DNA from: a virus
Lineage: Duplodnaviria > Caudoviricetes
DNA: 54,385 nucleotides
Virus record (IMG/VR): IMGVR_UViG_3300045952_000282
Coordinates: 1-54,385 of that record
Reading direction: 5' to 3' (one strand)
Shown: positions 27,224-39,054 of the stretch, piece by piece
Position numbering within the stretch: the first letter of the stretch is position 1
Layout of the letters: each line of letters starts with the position of its first letter
The notes under the pieces: model-generated
What the model was told of the DNA's origin: nothing
The model's database searches: none
The model's input: only the letters and a program-made list of their open reading frames with translations
Translations under genes and position numbers: made by a program

Positions 27224-29493
27224 AACCCGACCGCCTTATAGCACTACCGACGGCCGGTGTGAGTTTCGACCTTGAGACTCACCGGATCCAGCCCGGTCTC
27301 GTCGCGCCTCCGATCGTCTGCGGTTCGGCTGGCTGGAAGGAGACGGACGGTAAGATTCGCGGAAAGATTCTTGACGTAGCGGGCGCGCGGCGTGCGTTCC
27401 GAGGGCTTCTCCAAGACCCTACGAGAATCATCGCAGGTGCGAACCTGCCATTCGACAACATTTGCATGATCGTTGACGCATGGCGCAACGGCGGCGACTG
27501 GGAAGAGCTGGTGCGGCTCATCTTCCAGGCGTACGAGGATCACCGCTTCTTCGACGTCCTTATTGCGCAGGCGCTCGACGGCATTGCCAAAGGCACGCTC
27601 GGACTCCATCCGAAGACGCTGAAAGACCTTACGAACGAGAACGGCGAGCCGACGCGACGTTACAACCTTTATAACGTCACGGAGATCCAGACCGGTCGCG
27701 ATACGGCGAAAGCACTCGGCCGCTGGCGCAACTCGTACGCCCTGCTCGAGGGTATCCCAATCGAGCAGTGGCCGCTTGACGCGCTGCAGTACCCGGTCGA
27801 CGACGCGTGCAACACGCGCGAAGTCGCCGACCTGCAGCTCACGAACTGCGAGAACCTGCACGACGTTGCGTTCCAGTGCTACACCGACTTCTGCCTTAAG
27901 CTGGGCGCGGCGTGGTCGTTCGTCACCGATAAGGCCGCGGTCGACGCGTTGGAAGCCAAAACGCTCGACGGGCGGGTCGAGGACGCGCAGCCCTTCCTCG
28001 CCGCCGGGTTTATCCGGGAGGGGAAAGAGAAAGACTACTCAGAAAACCAGGGCACTGTCCGCCGCGCAACCGCTTTGGCCTACGGGTGCGGCGGACAGTG
28101 CCAGATCTGTCTCGGTACCGGTATGGTTGGGACAACGTCGAAGTGTACGCGCTGCAAAGCGTCGCCCGGCGTCGACCCGAAGGGCGGGACTTGCACGAAG
28201 TGCAACGGCTGCGGACGGGTGCCGGCGAAGAAGGGAAAGAACTGCGTCGCGTGCGGTGCGACGGGGCTCGACATTAAGAGCGCGCCGGTGCCGATGACCG
28301 ACCCGAGCGACAAGTTCCCGCAGGGGCAGATCCAGATCGGCCGCGATGCGTTAATCGAGTCCGGCGACGATCAGCTCATCGAGTATGCTGAGTTCAAGGA
28401 GCTCGACAAACTCGGTTCGACTTATATCCCGTGGCTTCGCGGCGGACACGATGAGGACGGGAATCCGCGGCCGATTCGGCTGTCGCCCAACGCGCTCGTC
28501 GACACCGGCCGGACAAGCTACGGCGTCGAGCATCAGCTCCCGCGCGGCATGGGCGTGCGTGAGTGCATCCGCGCGCGCGACGGTTGGGTGTTCTACAGCG
28601 TGGACTGGGGTGGCGTCGAGCTGGTCACACATGCGCAGAGCTGTCTCTGGCTCCTAGGGCACTCTCGTCTCGCTGAAGTTATCAATCAGCACGGCGCCGG
28701 CGCAGTTCACGCAGCCTTCGGCGCCAAGCTCGCCGGTATCCCGTTCGAGCAGTTCGATAAGAAGAAGCACGGCGCCTATAGGCAGTGTGCCAAAGCCGCA
28801 AACTTCGGATTTCCGGGCGGCATGGGCGCAGTCAAGCTGGTACTTCAGCAGCGTAAAGGTGGACCGGACACCACCGGGCCGGACGGACGCGTTTACAAAG
28901 GGCTACGGTTCTGCATTCTCATCGGCGGTTCGGATCGGTGCGGCGTCGAGAAGATCACCGAGTGGAAGGAGCGCCCGACTACACCGGTTTGCAAACGCTG
29001 TGTTGAAGTAGCCGACAAACTACGCGACGAGTGGTTCGAGCAGTGGCCGGAGAATCGAGAATATTTCCGTTTTGTCTTCGAGCTCGTCGACCGCAACGGC
29101 CACGTCGTCTCGCACGTGGACAAACGGAAACGCGGCGGCGTGTGGTTTACCAACGCGTGTAACGGTTTCTTCCAGTCGCTCGCCGCCTATGCTGCGAAGC
29201 TGTCGCTACAGCGTGTTTCGAAAGAGCAATGGTGCGACCGCCAGAGCGCGATGTACGGTGCGAGAAACATATACGTCGTACATGATGAGTTATTCGGCAC
29301 GTGTCGGAAAGAAGTCGGGCACGAAGTCGCGCACCGCGTTAGTGAGATCATGATCGCAACGCTACGTGAGGTGTGTCCCGACATTCGAAACGTTGAAGCG
29401 CCGCCGGCGTTGATGGCTCGGTGGTTTAAGGAAGCCGAAGCAGTTTACGGGCCGGATGGTCGGCTCGTTCCTTGGGAGCCGGAGGTGAAATAA
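27220..29493 (+). CDS. polA: Family A DNA polymerase with zinc-finger insertions
   Basis: Exo I FDLET, DTGRTS, motif A VDWGGVEL, motif B RQCAKAANFG, motif C VHDE. Confidence 0.92.
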   Translation: MKPDRLIALPTAGVSFDLETHRIQPGLVAPPIVCGSAGWKETDGKIRGKILDVAGARRAFRGLLQDPTRIIAGANLPFDNICMIVDAWRNGGDWEELVRLIFQAYEDHRFFDVLIAQALDGIAKGTLGLHPKTLKDLTNENGEPTRRYNLYNVTEIQTGRDTAKALGRWRNSYALLEGIPIEQWPLDALQYPVDDACNTREVADLQLTNCENLHDVAFQCYTDFCLKLGAAWSFVTDKAAVDALEAKTLDGRVEDAQPFLAAGFIREGKEKDYSENQGTVRRATALAYGCGGQCQICLGTGMVGTTSKCTRCKASPGVDPKGGTCTKCNGCGRVPAKKGKNCVACGATGLDIKSAPVPMTDPSDKFPQGQIQIGRDALIESGDDQLIEYAEFKELDKLGSTYIPWLRGGHDEDGNPRPIRLSPNALVDTGRTSYGVEHQLPRGMGVRECIRARDGWVFYSVDWGGVELVTHAQSCLWLLGHSRLAEVINQHGAGAVHAAFGAKLAGIPFEQFDKKKHGAYRQCAKAANFGFPGGMGAVKLVLQQRKGGPDTTGPDGRVYKGLRFCILIGGSDRCGVEKITEWKERPTTPVCKRCVEVADKLRDEWFEQWPENREYFRFVFELVDRNGHVVSHVDKRKRGGVWFTNACNGFFQSLAAYAAKLSLQRVSKEQWCDRQSAMYGARNIYVVHDELFGTCRKEVGHEVAHRVSEIMIATLREVCPDIRNVEAPPALMARWFKEAEAVYGPDGRLVPWEPEVK

Positions 29494-29496
29494 AGT

Positions 29497-30072
29497 ATGA
29501 GCAAAAAACCGGAATCTATTGTAGTCGGTATCTCAGAGGCAGCGCAGATCTGCGGGTTGTCTACACACGAGATTCGTCGACTGGCGAGGGTAGCCCTATC
29601 CGATAAACCAAGCCACGATCCAATCCCAGTCTTCCGCGCAAGCGGTAAGCGCGGTGCGCTGTTGTTTGACAACCGGAGGCTAGAGACTTGGGTGCGCATC
29701 AGAGATGAGGCATTGCGTGAGTATCGTACCAATCGTAAATCACGCGCAACAAAGAGGCTGACATCTATCGAAAGGTTAGAGAAGTCTGTCGCGCGCCTTG
29801 AAGAGCTTCTCACGATAGAGCGACCAACGGCCGACTGCGACCCGCTGATAAACCTCTTCTTTATAGGGGGCGATAGACAGGGGCAGGTGAAGAGCAAGTT
29901 CTCGAGTGAGAGTTATATCGTTGGTTATCACTCCTGGATTGATGGGCGCGAGATGAGCTGGAGTGTAGTTAGCGCCGCAAATATGCAAGGTTGGAAGTTT
30001 TTTAGAGAACACTCCGAGTTCGTGCGGGCCAAGCAACAAACCTTGCTGAGCGGAAGCGAGGTCGGTTTGTGA
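29497..30072 (+). CDS. HTH DNA-binding protein (Xis/MerR-like N-terminus)
   Basis: GISEAAQICGLSTHEIRRL. Confidence 0.6.
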   Translation: MSKKPESIVVGISEAAQICGLSTHEIRRLARVALSDKPSHDPIPVFRASGKRGALLFDNRRLETWVRIRDEALREYRTNRKSRATKRLTSIERLEKSVARLEELLTIERPTADCDPLINLFFIGGDRQGQVKSKFSSESYIVGYHSWIDGREMSWSVVSAANMQGWKFFREHSEFVRAKQQTLLSGSEVGL

Positions 30073-30326
30073 GCTGCGGTAAACGCGCGCTAGCGCCGTG
30101 CAGACACGTCGGCGAGACTATAATCGGGCAGTACGTCGGGTGCGAACTCTGCGACCCGTACGTTGACGAAGACACGCTCGATCTTGAGTGTCCGCATATC
30201 GAGTTCTACGAGAGCGAGTTCGACCGCTTCGGCGCGTTCGGATTCTACAGGGAGACGATGAGCTTCTGTGTTGCCTGCGGTACGCGGCTCTACACGACGC
30301 TGGGTAAAATGAAGGTGAAGTTGTGA
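30069..30326 (+). CDS. Cys-rich hypothetical protein
   Basis: CxH and CxxC pairs; coupled ORF. Confidence 0.55.
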   Translation: MSCGKRALAPCRHVGETIIGQYVGCELCDPYVDEDTLDLECPHIEFYESEFDRFGAFGFYRETMSFCVACGTRLYTTLGKMKVKL

Positions 30327-31618
30327 TCCCGCTGCTATCAACCGAGCGCGCATGTCTTCTCGCTGGAGACGCGGCCGATCTTACCCTGCCGCCGAACTCG
30401 GTTGACGCTATCGTGTGTGATCCGCCGGCGGGCGTTTCGTTCATGGGGAAGAGCTGGGATGACGATAAAGGCGGCCGCGACGAGTGGATTCGCTGGCTGG
30501 CCGCTACGCTAGCGCCCGCATTTCATGCATTGAAGCCGGGCGGGTACGCGCTTGTGTGGGCGCTCCCTCGTACGTCGCACTGGACCGCACTCGCGCTCGA
30601 GTACGCAAGTTTTGAAATTCGCGATCGGGTTAGTCACCTCTTCGGGACTGGCTTCCCGAAGTCGCTTGCACTAGATAAGGCGATTGACGACCACTTCGGA
30701 GCGGAACGGGTTGCGGTATCCGCAAACCCGAACCACCGCGCTGTGAGTGGCGTTGGGTATGAAGGCGTGTACGCCGGCGGAAACACCGGCGCGGCCGTCA
30801 TCACCGCGCCGGCGACCGCAGAGGCGAAAGAGTGGGAAGGTTGGGGTACCGCGCTTAAACCAGCGTGTGAAGACTGGTGGCTCGTGCGGAAACCGCTCGA
30901 GGGAACGTACGCCGAGAACGTTCTGAAGTGGGGAGTCGGCGGTCTCAATATCGACAGCTGCCGTATCACGACAGACGAACCTCTCACGCGTAAGCTCGGA
31001 AAGACAACCGTCTCGGATTCCGGGTGGGTGAGCTCGAACCGTTCCGAGATCGCAGGGAAGGACGGCGGTCGCTGGCCGGCGCACCTGGTGCTCGACGAAG
31101 AAGCCGCGGCTGCGCTCGACGCCACGCAGCCGAAGAGCCAATCCCGGAAGGGGAAACCACGCAAGGGTAAGCAGGGCGACGGCTGGGGCATGAGTCACAC
31201 CGGCGCGGAGTATGAAGACGCCGGCGGACCGAGTCGCTTCTTTTACGTCACTAAACCTAGCAAGGCGGAGAAGAACACCGGCTGCGACAACCTTCCGGTC
31301 AAATCCGGCGGTGAAGCAACCGACCGCGTGGACGGGTCGAAGGGTCTGCAGAACCCGCGCGCGGGCGCCGGCCGCGGCGGAGGCTCGCGCAACTTCCACC
31401 CGACTGTGAAGAGTGTCGACCTTATGCGCTGGCTTTGCCGGCTGATCGCTCCACCGGGCGGCGTGATTCTCGATCCGTTCTGTGGCTCCGGTAGTACCGG
31501 CGTCGCGGCGCTCGCGGAAGGTTTTAGTTTCATCGGCGTCGAGCAGTCGCCCGAGTACGCGGAGATTGCAAAAGCGCGGCTAGAGCACGCGCTGAAGGGA
31601 GTGAACGATAATGAATAA
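30323..31618 (+). CDS. DNA N4/N6 methyltransferase (beta class)
   Basis: IVCDPPA, GFPKS, HPTVK, ILDPFCGSGSTG. Confidence 0.92.
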   Translation: MIPLLSTERACLLAGDAADLTLPPNSVDAIVCDPPAGVSFMGKSWDDDKGGRDEWIRWLAATLAPAFHALKPGGYALVWALPRTSHWTALALEYASFEIRDRVSHLFGTGFPKSLALDKAIDDHFGAERVAVSANPNHRAVSGVGYEGVYAGGNTGAAVITAPATAEAKEWEGWGTALKPACEDWWLVRKPLEGTYAENVLKWGVGGLNIDSCRITTDEPLTRKLGKTTVSDSGWVSSNRSEIAGKDGGRWPAHLVLDEEAAAALDATQPKSQSRKGKPRKGKQGDGWGMSHTGAEYEDAGGPSRFFYVTKPSKAEKNTGCDNLPVKSGGEATDRVDGSKGLQNPRAGAGRGGGSRNFHPTVKSVDLMRWLCRLIAPPGGVILDPFCGSGSTGVAALAEGFSFIGVEQSPEYAEIAKARLEHALKGVNDNE

Positions 31619-31994
31619 AGAACAACTCCAGCACCTCAAAGACCTGTGCTCCGCGGCAACGCCTGGACCTTGGGAACAGAGACCTGTGAAGTGCCTGGGA
31701 ACCTGGGACGTAGGCTCATCTGCAATTTATCATTGGCCTTACTCAGGGGAGAGGGCAATCCGTTGCGAGGAGAGGGACGACGCAGCCTTCATCGCCGCAG
31801 CCCGGAGTGCACTGCCTGAGTTGATAGCGGAGGTGGAGAGGTTGGAGGCTGAACTCTCAAAGGTTCGTGCGGATTACCTATCGCTGCTAGGGCAGGTGAT
31901 ACAGCCCGAGGAGTGCGACGTATGTCGGTTGCGACTGAAGGGCTGGGACATCGCGGGCTACAGAACCGCGTGCACGTGCGGCGGTCGAAAATGA
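31611..31994 (+). CDS. Ead/Ea22-like protein
   Basis: AATPGPW...DAAFIAAAR..LPELIAEVERL. Confidence 0.75.
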   Translation: MNKEQLQHLKDLCSAATPGPWEQRPVKCLGTWDVGSSAIYHWPYSGERAIRCEERDDAAFIAAARSALPELIAEVERLEAELSKVRADYLSLLGQVIQPEECDVCRLRLKGWDIAGYRTACTCGGRK

Positions 31995-32518
31995 GCTACG
32001 TCCTCGCCGTCGATCCGTCGCTTCGCTCGACCGGCGTAGCGCTCTTTCACGACGGTAAGCTCGTAGCGGCTGCTCGTTTAGGCGGTTTTGATACCGGCGG
32101 ACTCGGTAAACGTTGCTATCGTGTCGCGCATTCGATTCGATTGTGGTGGCATGAACACCAGCCGCCCGTTCCGTGCGTTCCGACCCTTGTTTTCGAGTGG
32201 CCGCAGATCTACCGAGCCAGCAAAAGCAAGGGCGATCCGAACGACCTCGTACCGCTCGCGGGCATAGGCATGGCGCTTGCCGGAATGCTAGATGTCGATC
32301 CGGTCACTCCAACGCCGGCGGAATGGGCTGGCCAGCTAAAGAAATTCACGAATGGTGATGTCGGCCGGTCGCCGCGTGCAATTCGCATAAGCTCGCGTCT
32401 AACGCAGAACGAGCTTTGCCACTGGCAGAATCAGCACGACGTGATTGACGCGATCGGTTTAGGACTCTGGTACCTCGGACGCTTGGCGCCAAAGCGGGTA
32501 TTCCCCGGAGCAACGTGA
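31991..32518 (+). CDS. RuvC-like Holliday junction resolvase
   Basis: VLAVDPSLRSTGVA, FEWP, TPAEW, HDVIDAIG. Confidence 0.85.
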   Translation: MSYVLAVDPSLRSTGVALFHDGKLVAAARLGGFDTGGLGKRCYRVAHSIRLWWHEHQPPVPCVPTLVFEWPQIYRASKSKGDPNDLVPLAGIGMALAGMLDVDPVTPTPAEWAGQLKKFTNGDVGRSPRAIRISSRLTQNELCHWQNQHDVIDAIGLGLWYLGRLAPKRVFPGAT

Positions 32519-32632
32519 TAACGCTGTACCAAGTTCGTTGTTGGCTGCTCTGGCCATGGCACGAATGGCGCTGGCGACGCGTATGTCACACGCACCGTGT
32601 CTTCGCTCTAGAGCGCCGTGGCTGGTAGCTGG

Positions 32633-33701
<1,069 letters not shown>

Positions 33702-33724
<23 letters not shown>

Positions 33725-33890
33725 GAGGGAAATCGGAGGCCGGCGCGATCGGCCGCGTCTCTTTCAGGTCGCGATTCCGCGGGAGCGGCCCGGGACGCAG
33801 CGGCGTTGTGTAAGACCATTCGCGGGCGGGCGGTTGAAAGCAGGCGACGGGAAGCGTATCGTGTTCTCGGTCTTTGCGGCGTGACCCCAT
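33702..33890 (-). CDS. Small hypothetical protein upstream of sigma
   Basis: ATG lies 6 nt after the TATCGT -10 box. Confidence 0.4.
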
Positions 33891-33943
33891 AAGTCGACGA
33901 TAACCCGAAGAACGTCCCGATGTCGACGGTAAACCGTCGACGC
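33891..33943 (-). promoter_or_regulatory. Promoter for the sigma operon with three GTCGAC
   Basis: TCGACA-18-TATCGT; palindrome GTCGACGGT-TT-ACCGTCGAC. Confidence 0.5.
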
Positions 33944-34588
33944 TCAATTCCCGAACGTATACGCTAGGATACGAGGCAACACGGCGTCATACCAAAGCTG
34001 ACCCGGATCCTCTTTCACCTTATTACAGTCGCGGTGCCCGAACCCGGCACGCGTCTTCGTCATTGGCGCCCAGTCGCAAATCGCTTTCGTAACCCGGCAG
34101 GCCGCGACAATCATTTCCTCCGGCCACTCCGTACCGTAACCCTCTTGCTCGATACCGATGCTGTGTTGGTTAGGGTGTCCGAGCCTGGGTAGATTGAGCC
34201 GCTGCTTACCGCCCGCGTGCCATGCCATGTGCGTCAGCGGGACCTGCTGAATAATCGAGCCGTCGCGACAGATGGTGACGTGCCAGCTCCCAACATGAAG
34301 CTTCGGATCCTCTTTCTTCACTTCACTGAACGCTCGCGCACGGCGCTTGGCCATGTTCATCCCGGTCCCGTACTTCGTCGCGGTATAGTGCCAGACAATC
34401 GCCTTCGGCTTCTCAGACGCGAACGGGCCGTCGAACCACGACGGGTGACTCGGAACATGCTTGACTCCGTCACCTACCAACCAGCCGTCAGCATCCACAC
34501 CGAGCGGAGACGCAATACCAGTTTCTTTTGGCGATATCGCCAGCTTCAGTTGGCGGATAAGTGACGCTATCTTCTCGAAGAGCCTCAC
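33944..34588 (-). CDS. N-acetylmuramoyl-L-alanine amidase (endolysin)
   Basis: IVWHYTA, AWHAG, SIGIE, GH.D....K.DPG. Confidence 0.92.
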   Translation of the reverse strand: MRLFEKIASLIRQLKLAISPKETGIASPLGVDADGWLVGDGVKHVPSHPSWFDGPFASEKPKAIVWHYTATKYGTGMNMAKRRARAFSEVKKEDPKLHVGSWHVTICRDGSIIQQVPLTHMAWHAGGKQRLNLPRLGHPNQHSIGIEQEGYGTEWPEEMIVAACRVTKAICDWAPMTKTRAGFGHRDCNKVKEDPGQLWYDAVLPRILAYTFGN

Positions 34589-35124
34589 TTCTTATCTCCG
34601 AGGATTTGGCCGAACATGCGCTGTGCGCGTTCAATTAAGTCGCCATCGGCGCGGCGTGATTCAAGAACGTAGTCGAACGGGACGCTGTCGACTTGCTCGC
34701 TGGCGTGTTCGCCGTTGTCGTTCGACGGGCGATCCGGGCAGATAAGCTTGACGACGATCCCGCCTCGCAATCGGATTGCGCGCGACTCGTTCGGGAAACG
34801 AAGGTCGTCACACACCCACGTAATACCGTGGCGTAGCGCGCCCATTGCCGCGTTGACCCACACGTCGCTACCGAGTACGTCTCGGCACACGTCCGTGCCG
34901 AGGAACTGCAGGAGCTGGCGAGATGACTTCCCGTAACGTGGATCGACGGCTTCCTTCTCTTCCTGCGTGCCGAATAGCTGCGCGTCGGTAAGCCCATAAA
35001 TCCGTCGCGCCATTTCCTTCAGCGGCGCGGCGTAGGAGAACTTCTGCGCACCGTACGAGTCGCGCAACCAGTTTGCGACCGTGGTCTTCCCGCTGCCGGC
35101 TTTACCGAGTAGTCCAATAATCAT
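34585..35124 (-). CDS. Deoxynucleoside monophosphate kinase
   Basis: GKAGSGKT, YAAPLK, RQLLQFLGTD, DLRFPNE, HASE. Confidence 0.92.
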   Translation of the reverse strand: MIIGLLGKAGSGKTTVANWLRDSYGAQKFSYAAPLKEMARRIYGLTDAQLFGTQEEKEAVDPRYGKSSRQLLQFLGTDVCRDVLGSDVWVNAAMGALRHGITWVCDDLRFPNESRAIRLRGGIVVKLICPDRPSNDNGEHASEQVDSVPFDYVLESRRADGDLIERAQRMFGQILGDKK

Positions 35125-35134
35125 TTACCGCTCC

Positions 35135-35331
35135 TTACGTCCAGAAAAAATGACCGGTGAGAAGACCGAACGCGAAAGTGATGAGGAACTTCAAGAGCCG
35201 GATCTTTTGATCCCAGTAACGGACACGCTCGGTGATCGTGTTACCGTCTCGCTGATCCAGCCAGAGCCAGACATCCCAACCGATGATCCCGAGGGTTAGA
35301 GCGGCCATGATTATGGTGACTGTGAGCTCGC

Positions 35332-35335
<4 letters not shown>
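35135..35335 (-). CDS. Small 2-TM membrane protein (possible holin)
   Basis: Two hydrophobic helices; near the endolysin gene. Confidence 0.5.
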
Positions 35336-36188
<853 letters not shown>

Positions 36189-36192
<4 letters not shown>

Positions 36193-37958
36193 GCCGCCTT
36201 CTTCCCCTTGCGTTTCTTCTCCGGCTCGCGTCGCCACTTCCCGCCGATGATGAAGACGAGCTGTCGCTTGCCGTTCGGCCAGATGAGGCAATGCGCGTGC
36301 GCCCACGTGCTCGGACCACTCGTGTACTCGAGCGACAGTCTGGAGCTCGTGCCGACCGCCCACGCGCCGCGGATGATACCCGGCGTGTGCGAGTGCCCGG
36401 TCACAGTACGCGCGCCGATGCGGTCGAACTGGTTTAGCGTTCCCTTCTGTCCGTTGATTCCGTGGTCGCCGTGGTACGACACAACAACGCCGGCGATTTC
36501 CGCGACTTCATCACGAGAGAGGAAACGCACGGACTCGGGTACGTGCGGGCGCGCATATAACTCCAGCGGATCGGCCGCGCGCACGCCGCGGTCAGTCATC
36601 TCGATCGTATCGACCCACTCGGCCCACAACTTCACGAGAAGCTGGGCGTTGTCCGGGTCTGATAGCGGCGTCGCTTTCTTCAGCCACTTCGTCAGGTGAT
36701 CGTGGTGATTCGAGGGTACGATCCAGCGCTCGGAGTTCGCGGGCGTAGTCTCTTTGATAAACTTGACGACGTTCCTAAGCTCCTTCTCTAGAAGGTGCAT
36801 TCCGACGCCGCGCTTCCCGATCTGCACGACCGGGTCTTTCTCGGTGTGATGATTGACGGCGTACGAGTCAAGCACGTCGTGACTTACGATCACCTCCGGC
36901 TCGGTAGCTTCGACAATTCCGCCTTCGCCGTACGTACCTTCGCGACACGCTTTGTCGCTGAACTCGACGTGGACGTCGCCTTCGATAAGCGCCTTCGGTC
37001 GCGCAGTGTCACCGGGACCGTTCGGCCCGTAGTAGACGCAGTCGATATCGTAGAATCCGCCCTTCTCGTCGCCCATGAGCTGGCGCACGTGGAAGCGCGG
37101 GCCTTCTTTCTCGATAACAAGCGCGGCCGGCGTATGCACGAAGTTCGCTCTCGCGCCGGCGCGCGTCGTGCTGTACTGCAGCTCCGCGCTAACCGTACCG
37201 GTTGAGTAGATAGCCTTCGGCATTTTACGCCGCGGCGACGGGACCATCTTCAGACCGAGCTGTGCGTGACCGAAGATTGCGGAGCTGCCGCGGCTGATCG
37301 CCTCGAGACCTTCGAGCGGACTTGAGGCGGTCGCGCCCACGCGCACTTGACCCATAACCACGAGGTGTTCGTGAAGCTGCAGGTTCTCGTCGGTCAGGTA
37401 CTGGTGCGTTTCCATCGGCCACCAGGCGCGATAAATGCTGTGTTTATCCTCACCACGCGTGGTCGGATTTTTGTATCGCGCAGGGATAACAATGAGCTCG
37501 GCGTTACGCGCTTCGCAGTAACCAAGCAGCGCCTTCCAGAATGGTTTGTTCAGCTCAACGTTATTAAGTGCCGAGGTGACGACGAAGATCTGCGCGTCTG
37601 TGAACGCAGCGCGGCGCTCATCCGGTAGCTTCCAGTGGACATCGCCAGGATTCAACGGCGGCAGCTTGTCCGGTTCACGCTTCAGAAACAGATCGCGCAG
37701 CGGCGGCAGCTGTTTGGTGTGTCCCGCGGCACGAAGACGCGACACCCAGTTCTCGAAGGTGCGGACGGGTAAAACCGGCAAGCTCGGACACCGAGATCGC
37801 AGTTTCTGAATCAACTCTTCCTGGTTGTGGGATTTCGAGGCGAGAGGGGCGACCCACTTGAGAATGGCTTCGTCCCATTGTGCGCGGCGCTTTGCAGATA
37901 TCACGACAGCTCCTAAGCGAGGGGGTTTAGAAAGCAATTGCGCCGACAGTTCCGCCAA
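36189..37958 (-). CDS. T5 A1-like metallophosphoesterase/nuclease
   Basis: FVVTSA.NN, GDVH, HD, SNH, HGD, GHSHTP, VGTSS.L.L.Y..GPS.W. Confidence 0.75.
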
Positions 37959-38304
37959 TTATCGCGGCCAGGCCGACGGCAGTGAGCCACAAGACGCGCG
38001 ACGAGCTAGCCGACTCTCGATAGAACTTCTTTTCCGCTTCGCAGCGGGTCCGATCTTTCTCGAGTGTTCGCACGTGCGCATCAAGTTTGTCGTGAACAGT
38101 TTCGCTCAGGATATAGGACGGTGGCAACGCTAAACCGTCGACACCTTCGATTTTTACTGTGAATGGTACGGTAACATGTAGATATTCCGTCGGTGGCGTC
38201 AACGGAATAACGTCGAAAGAGGGGTCGGCCGCCACGCTCGCAGGTCGGAGCAGGAACGCAACGAGCGCAGCAGCCGTTACCACCAAACGTTTACGGGTAT
38301 TCAC
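37927..38304 (-). CDS. Secreted/membrane protein, possible spanin-like lysis accessory
   Basis: Signal peptide, coiled coil, C-terminal TM; RBS GGAG before GTG 38304. Confidence 0.5.
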   Translation of the reverse strand: MNTRKRLVVTAAALVAFLLRPASVAADPSFDVIPLTPPTEYLHVTVPFTVKIEGVDGLALPPSYILSETVHDKLDAHVRTLEKDRTRCEAEKKFYRESASSSRVLWLTAVGLAAIIGGTVGAIAF

Positions 38305-38878
38305 GAGCGACTCCGATGGCGCCGGAGAGTCCATTGGTCGGAGTTGCGTCGACCGCGGCCTGGCCGGCTGCTTCCGCTTTCGCCACGGTGGCTCGGTCTT
38401 TTGCGAAGACCCAAAGAGCCAGGTCGATGACGGTCTTCGCCCAGCCGGGCATCCACTTACGACCCTGCAGCCAGACCAACCGAGGAACTACGAGCTCTTT
38501 GAGCAGCGCATACCCGCCGGCTAAGGTAGCTGCGGCACCTACAGCAGACCACAACAACCCGGCGGACAGAGCACCTCCGCCGGCCAGCCCGGTGCAGACC
38601 GTCGCCGCAAAACCGCCGACAAGCGTCAGAAGCGCCTTCCCTTCGCCTGTGTTGAGCCAGGGCCAGAACTTCCCACCGTAGCGCCAGGCCAGAGCAACGA
38701 GCGCAGAAAGAGCGGTAAAGCCGGCGAGTGCGTATTGCCCGCTACGCGCTGCGTCAACGAGCGCCTTGAACATGTCCGCCGGCGCGTCCGATGTGGCCGC
38801 CTCAGCCGCGAACGCGGTCGCGACGAACGACAGAAAGGCGATGGCAAAAAGCGAGAAGAACGAGAGTATAGATTTCAT
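38291..38878 (-). CDS. Multi-pass membrane protein (holin-like)
   Basis: RBS GGAGG; several TM helices; follows the tail fibre genes. Confidence 0.6.
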   Translation of the reverse strand: MKSILSFFSLFAIAFLSFVATAFAAEAATSDAPADMFKALVDAARSGQYALAGFTALSALVALAWRYGGKFWPWLNTGEGKALLTLVGGFAATVCTGLAGGGALSAGLLWSAVGAAATLAGGYALLKELVVPRLVWLQGRKWMPGWAKTVIDLALWVFAKDRATVAKAEAAGQAAVDATPTNGLSGAIGVAREYP

Positions 38879-39054
38879 GATGCACCTCCACCGCACGAGA
38901 TAGCGGTGATTTTGGTAACTGCTTCGCACGGCGCTTGGTAGTCCGGCGGTAAAGTCTTGCAGGCGAGAGCTAGCACCACGCCCGCGACAGCGGCAATCCG
39001 CCGCTGTCGCTTGCGTCTCTCAGCCGAGAAGATGTCTTCGCGACGTTTAGTCAT
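38875..39054 (-). CDS. Small putative lipoprotein/membrane protein
   Basis: Basic N-terminus, LALAC; coupled ORF. Confidence 0.55.
   Translation of the reverse strand: MTKRREDIFSAERRKRQRRIAAVAGVVLALACKTLPPDYQAPCEAVTKITAISCGGGAS

Noticed and set aside
28081-28270. Intein or intron in PolA
   Set aside because: No C...HN splice motifs, homing endonuclease or frame break; the insert is a zinc finger
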